Position numbers and translations under genes: made by a program
Notes under the pieces: generated by a model
Seen by the model: only the letters and a program-made list of their open reading frames with translations
What the model was told of the DNA's origin: nothing
Database searches by the model: none
In this document: one piece after another, positions 63,361 to 64,000 of the stretch
How the letters are laid out: each line of letters begins with the position of its first letter
How positions within the stretch are numbered: the first letter of the stretch is position 1
DNA from: a virus
Length of the DNA: 64,000 bases
Reading direction: 5' to 3' (one strand)
IMG/VR virus record: IMGVR_UViG_3300045988_062804

Positions 63361-63730
63361 AAAGTTAAATGATTTATTATCGCAATTTCTATCACTCAGA
63401 AATGAAGTTTCCGAAATTGCAGATAAAACTGCTGATGCTGTATTTGATTCTGTTGAGTCTGGAGACATAACTAAAGAGGAAGCGCTGACCATACTGACAG
63501 ATAATAAGCTATTACCTGTAGCAAATTGGATATGTCTTCCTGATTTTATGGATGACTATGATTATTTTAGTAGATATTCAACTATCTATTATATGGATTA
63601 TATGTATCCACAGAATTTTGGGAATCATGAATATGCTAGTTGGTCTGAAATGTCTTACGAAGAAGGCATTAATGAATTATATGACTTCGTTGAAGGGAAT
63701 AGAGTAATTGGTTGTATATATGATTGGTGA
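63344..63730 (+). CDS. hypothetical protein
   Basis: ATG at 63344 preferred over 63263. Confidence 0.5.
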   Translation: MEKTTRKLNDLLSQFLSLRNEVSEIADKTADAVFDSVESGDITKEEALTILTDNKLLPVANWICLPDFMDDYDYFSRYSTIYYMDYMYPQNFGNHEYASWSEMSYEEGINELYDFVEGNRVIGCIYDW

Positions 63731-64000
63731 TTTTAAGTTTTATGAAGTAGGTGGTAAGATACGTGATGAACTCTTAGGTCTTACTAATAAGGATGTGGAT
63801 TATGTTGCTGTACCTACCGAAGCGGTGTACAGTAAAATTCATCCATGTGAAGCTCAACTTAGTCCAGCTAGGTTAATGTTTAAGGCATTGAAAAACTACT
63901 TGGAAGAACAGAAGTTTGAAATCTTCTTAGTAACTCCAGAATGTTATACTATACGTGCTAAGTTCCCAGAAGGATACAAGTATCAAGGTGTGGCAGACTT
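63720..64000 (+). CDS. cca: tRNA nucleotidyltransferase (CCA-adding enzyme / poly(A) polymerase family), 5' fragment
   Basis: MIGDFKFYEVGGKIRDELLGLTNKDVDYVAV (GGxxRDxLLG ... DxD); runs off the window. Confidence 0.7.
   Translation, partial: MIGDFKFYEVGGKIRDELLGLTNKDVDYVAVPTEAVYSKIHPCEAQLSPARLMFKALKNYLEEQKFEIFLVTPECYTIRAKFPEGYKYQGVAD

Overview
This is an AT-rich 64-kb window in which every convincing gene lies on the + strand. Genes are tightly packed, with many ATGA/TAATG start-stop overlaps, which is the layout of a large (jumbo-type) dsDNA phage genome. No integrase or host-type genes are visible. Four TTTG-N19-21-TAnnTTTG promoter boxes and an anaerobic NrdD/NrdG pair point to an anaerobic Bacteroidota host (inference).

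Content, in order:
- 1-7.2 kb: small ORFs, a phage-encoded tmRNA (2615-3114), a ParB-like protein and a 600-aa vWA/MIDAS protein.
- 7.3-14.7 kb: a dense RNA island, with outliers to 25.7 kb. It holds about 35 tRNA or tRNA-like genes covering all 20 amino acids, two HNH endonucleases, and several families of structured non-coding RNAs that no standard feature type explains.
- 14.8-35 kb: accessory genes. These include a second vWA protein, a short PurA-like adenylosuccinate synthetase, an SPFH protein, RNase H, two TerD proteins plus a TerB-like protein plus a P-type Ca-ATPase, ferritin, and a run of small membrane proteins.
- 35.8-64 kb: replication, nucleotide and repair module. It contains an SF2 helicase, DnaB-like helicase, AAA_24 ATPase, SSB-like protein, Toprim primase, resolvase-like nuclease, radical-SAM protein, NT5C nucleotidase, PD-(D/E)XK exonuclease, Mre11/SbcD-like phosphoesterase, NrdD/NrdG, Dda-like helicase, dUTPase, ATP DNA ligase, RNA ligase and the start of a CCA-adding enzyme.

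Most interesting signals:
- Six circularly permuted tRNA-like modules whose acceptor stem is closed by a loop.
- About 12 RNA elements bounded by a covarying terminal helix next to a conserved (U)ACAGCAA box.
- A tRNA gene split by a ~700-nt insertion carrying a tRNA-like minihelix and an HNH gene.
- Class-II-shaped tRNAs with CAU, GUU and UGU anticodons.
- A ~420-nt structured RNA containing an exact copy of the universal sarcin-ricin-loop 12-mer.

All tRNA and RNA calls were folded by hand. Coordinates may be off by 1-2 nt, and none of the calls has been checked with software.
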